A DNA stretch of 64,000 bases from Candidatus Binatia bacterium (GTDB taxonomy: Bacteria; Desulfobacterota; Binatia; Bin18), in assembly GCA_022826945.1 (NCBI GenBank), contig JAJDTY010000080.1, positions 34,005-98,004 on the forward strand, in the 5' to 3' direction. Both the position numbers and the translations under genes were made by a program. The notes under the pieces were generated by a model. It was not told the origin of the DNA. It searched no databases and saw only the letters and a list, made by a program, of their open reading frames with translations. Of this stretch, positions 63,527-64,000 are shown in pieces; within the stretch, counting starts at the first letter, position 1, and the number at the start of each line of letters is the position of its first letter.

Positions 63527-64000
63527 GTGTTCTCAAAAATACTCATTGCAAATCGAGGCGAGATCGCCACTCGTATCGCCCGGACCTGTCGCGAAATGGG
63601 TATTGCGACAGTGGTTGTGTACTCAGAGGCTGACCGTTCTTCACCCCATTTGTATGCGGCGGACGAGGCCGTGTGCGTGGGGCCGGCTCAGGCAAGCGAG
63701 AGCTACCTTAACGTGGAGTCCATCCTGACCGCGGCCCGTCAGACCGGGGTGGACGCGATCCATCCGGGATATGGGTTTTTATCGGAGAATGCGATCTTTG
63801 CTCGGGCCGTGGCTGATGCCGGCCTGACCTTTGTCGGTCCTGCTCCGGATGCCCTGTCTGCGGTTGGCAACAAGATTATTGCGCGCCGGACAGTGGCTCA
63901 GCTCGGTGTTCCGGTGATTCCCGCGCTTGAAGACCCGGCGACCGACCCCGAGGCTGTACGTGAGCAAGTCGCGACCCTCGGTTACCCCCTTCTGATTAAA
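63527..64000 (+). CDS. accC: Biotin carboxylase (acetyl-CoA/acyl-CoA carboxylase ATP-grasp subunit), partial, continues beyond the window
   Basis: Own translation from the GTG at 63527: VFSKILIANRGEIATRIARTCREMGIATVVVYSEADRSSPHLYAADEAV...IHPGYGFLSENAIFA. It is not in the ORF track because no stop lies in the window. Confidence 0.85.
   Translation, partial: MFSKILIANRGEIATRIARTCREMGIATVVVYSEADRSSPHLYAADEAVCVGPAQASESYLNVESILTAARQTGVDAIHPGYGFLSENAIFARAVADAGLTFVGPAPDALSAVGNKIIARRTVAQLGVPVIPALEDPATDPEAVREQVATLGYPLLIK

Noticed and set aside
1-64000. Search for CRISPR arrays, tRNA/rRNA genes, transposases, integrases, phage or known defence-system genes, and for island boundaries around the PKS operon.
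   Set aside because: I saw no regularly spaced direct repeats, no tRNA-like T-arm (GGTTCGA-type) motifs and no recombinase-like ORFs. The PKS operon is not flanked by mobility genes or obvious direct repeats, so an acquired-island claim is unsupported from this window alone.

Overview
A GC-rich (~58-60%) bacterial chromosomal segment, almost fully coding. I found no rRNA, tRNA, CRISPR array, transposase, integrase or phage genes. Phylum cannot be assigned from sequence alone.

Layout:
- 1-8.6 kb: partial MFS transporter (absent from the ORF track because it runs off the window), Rieske oxygenase, alpha/beta hydrolase, decayed hicBA toxin-antitoxin relic, GST, quinone oxidoreductase, CoA-transferase, F420-type LLM oxidoreductase.
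- 9.1-12.4 kb (minus strand): five-gene operon headed by an ECF sigma factor. Its partner is an unusual fusion of a ZAS anti-sigma zinc finger, an Ogt O6-alkylguanine transferase and an Ada-type Cys4 methyl-acceptor domain. The operon ends with an alkyltransferase-like (ATL) gene.
- 12.9-25.9 kb (plus strand): orphan operon of STAS protein, thioester-reductase/sulfotransferase fusion (interrupted by a frameshift), a 2356-aa single-module fully reducing type I PKS (KS-AT-DH-psiMT/psiKR-ER-KR-ACP, no TE), a B12-binding radical SAM enzyme and an Sfp-type PPTase. This is the best candidate for an undescribed system; I predict a sulfated, possibly C-methylated long-chain alkyl lipid.
- 26-46.7 kb: NnrS, a CoxMSL-like molybdenum hydroxylase with accessory enzymes, an OmpR/HK two-component system, GGT, HPF, tandem USP, CoA-transferases, ADH.
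- 46.9-64 kb: housekeeping block cinA-thpR-recA-recX-alaS-phoH-ybeY-lnt-prfB (with the canonical +1 frameshift site), PAC2, rimO, dksA-like, glycerate kinase, DUF309, homoserine kinase II, biotin carboxylase (partial).

At the sequence level, a family of ~50-60 nt palindromic elements sits in the 44-64 kb half. It shows arm covariation and plus-strand G.U pairing. Two copies are inserted in frame inside rimO and lnt, resembling Rickettsia palindromic elements.
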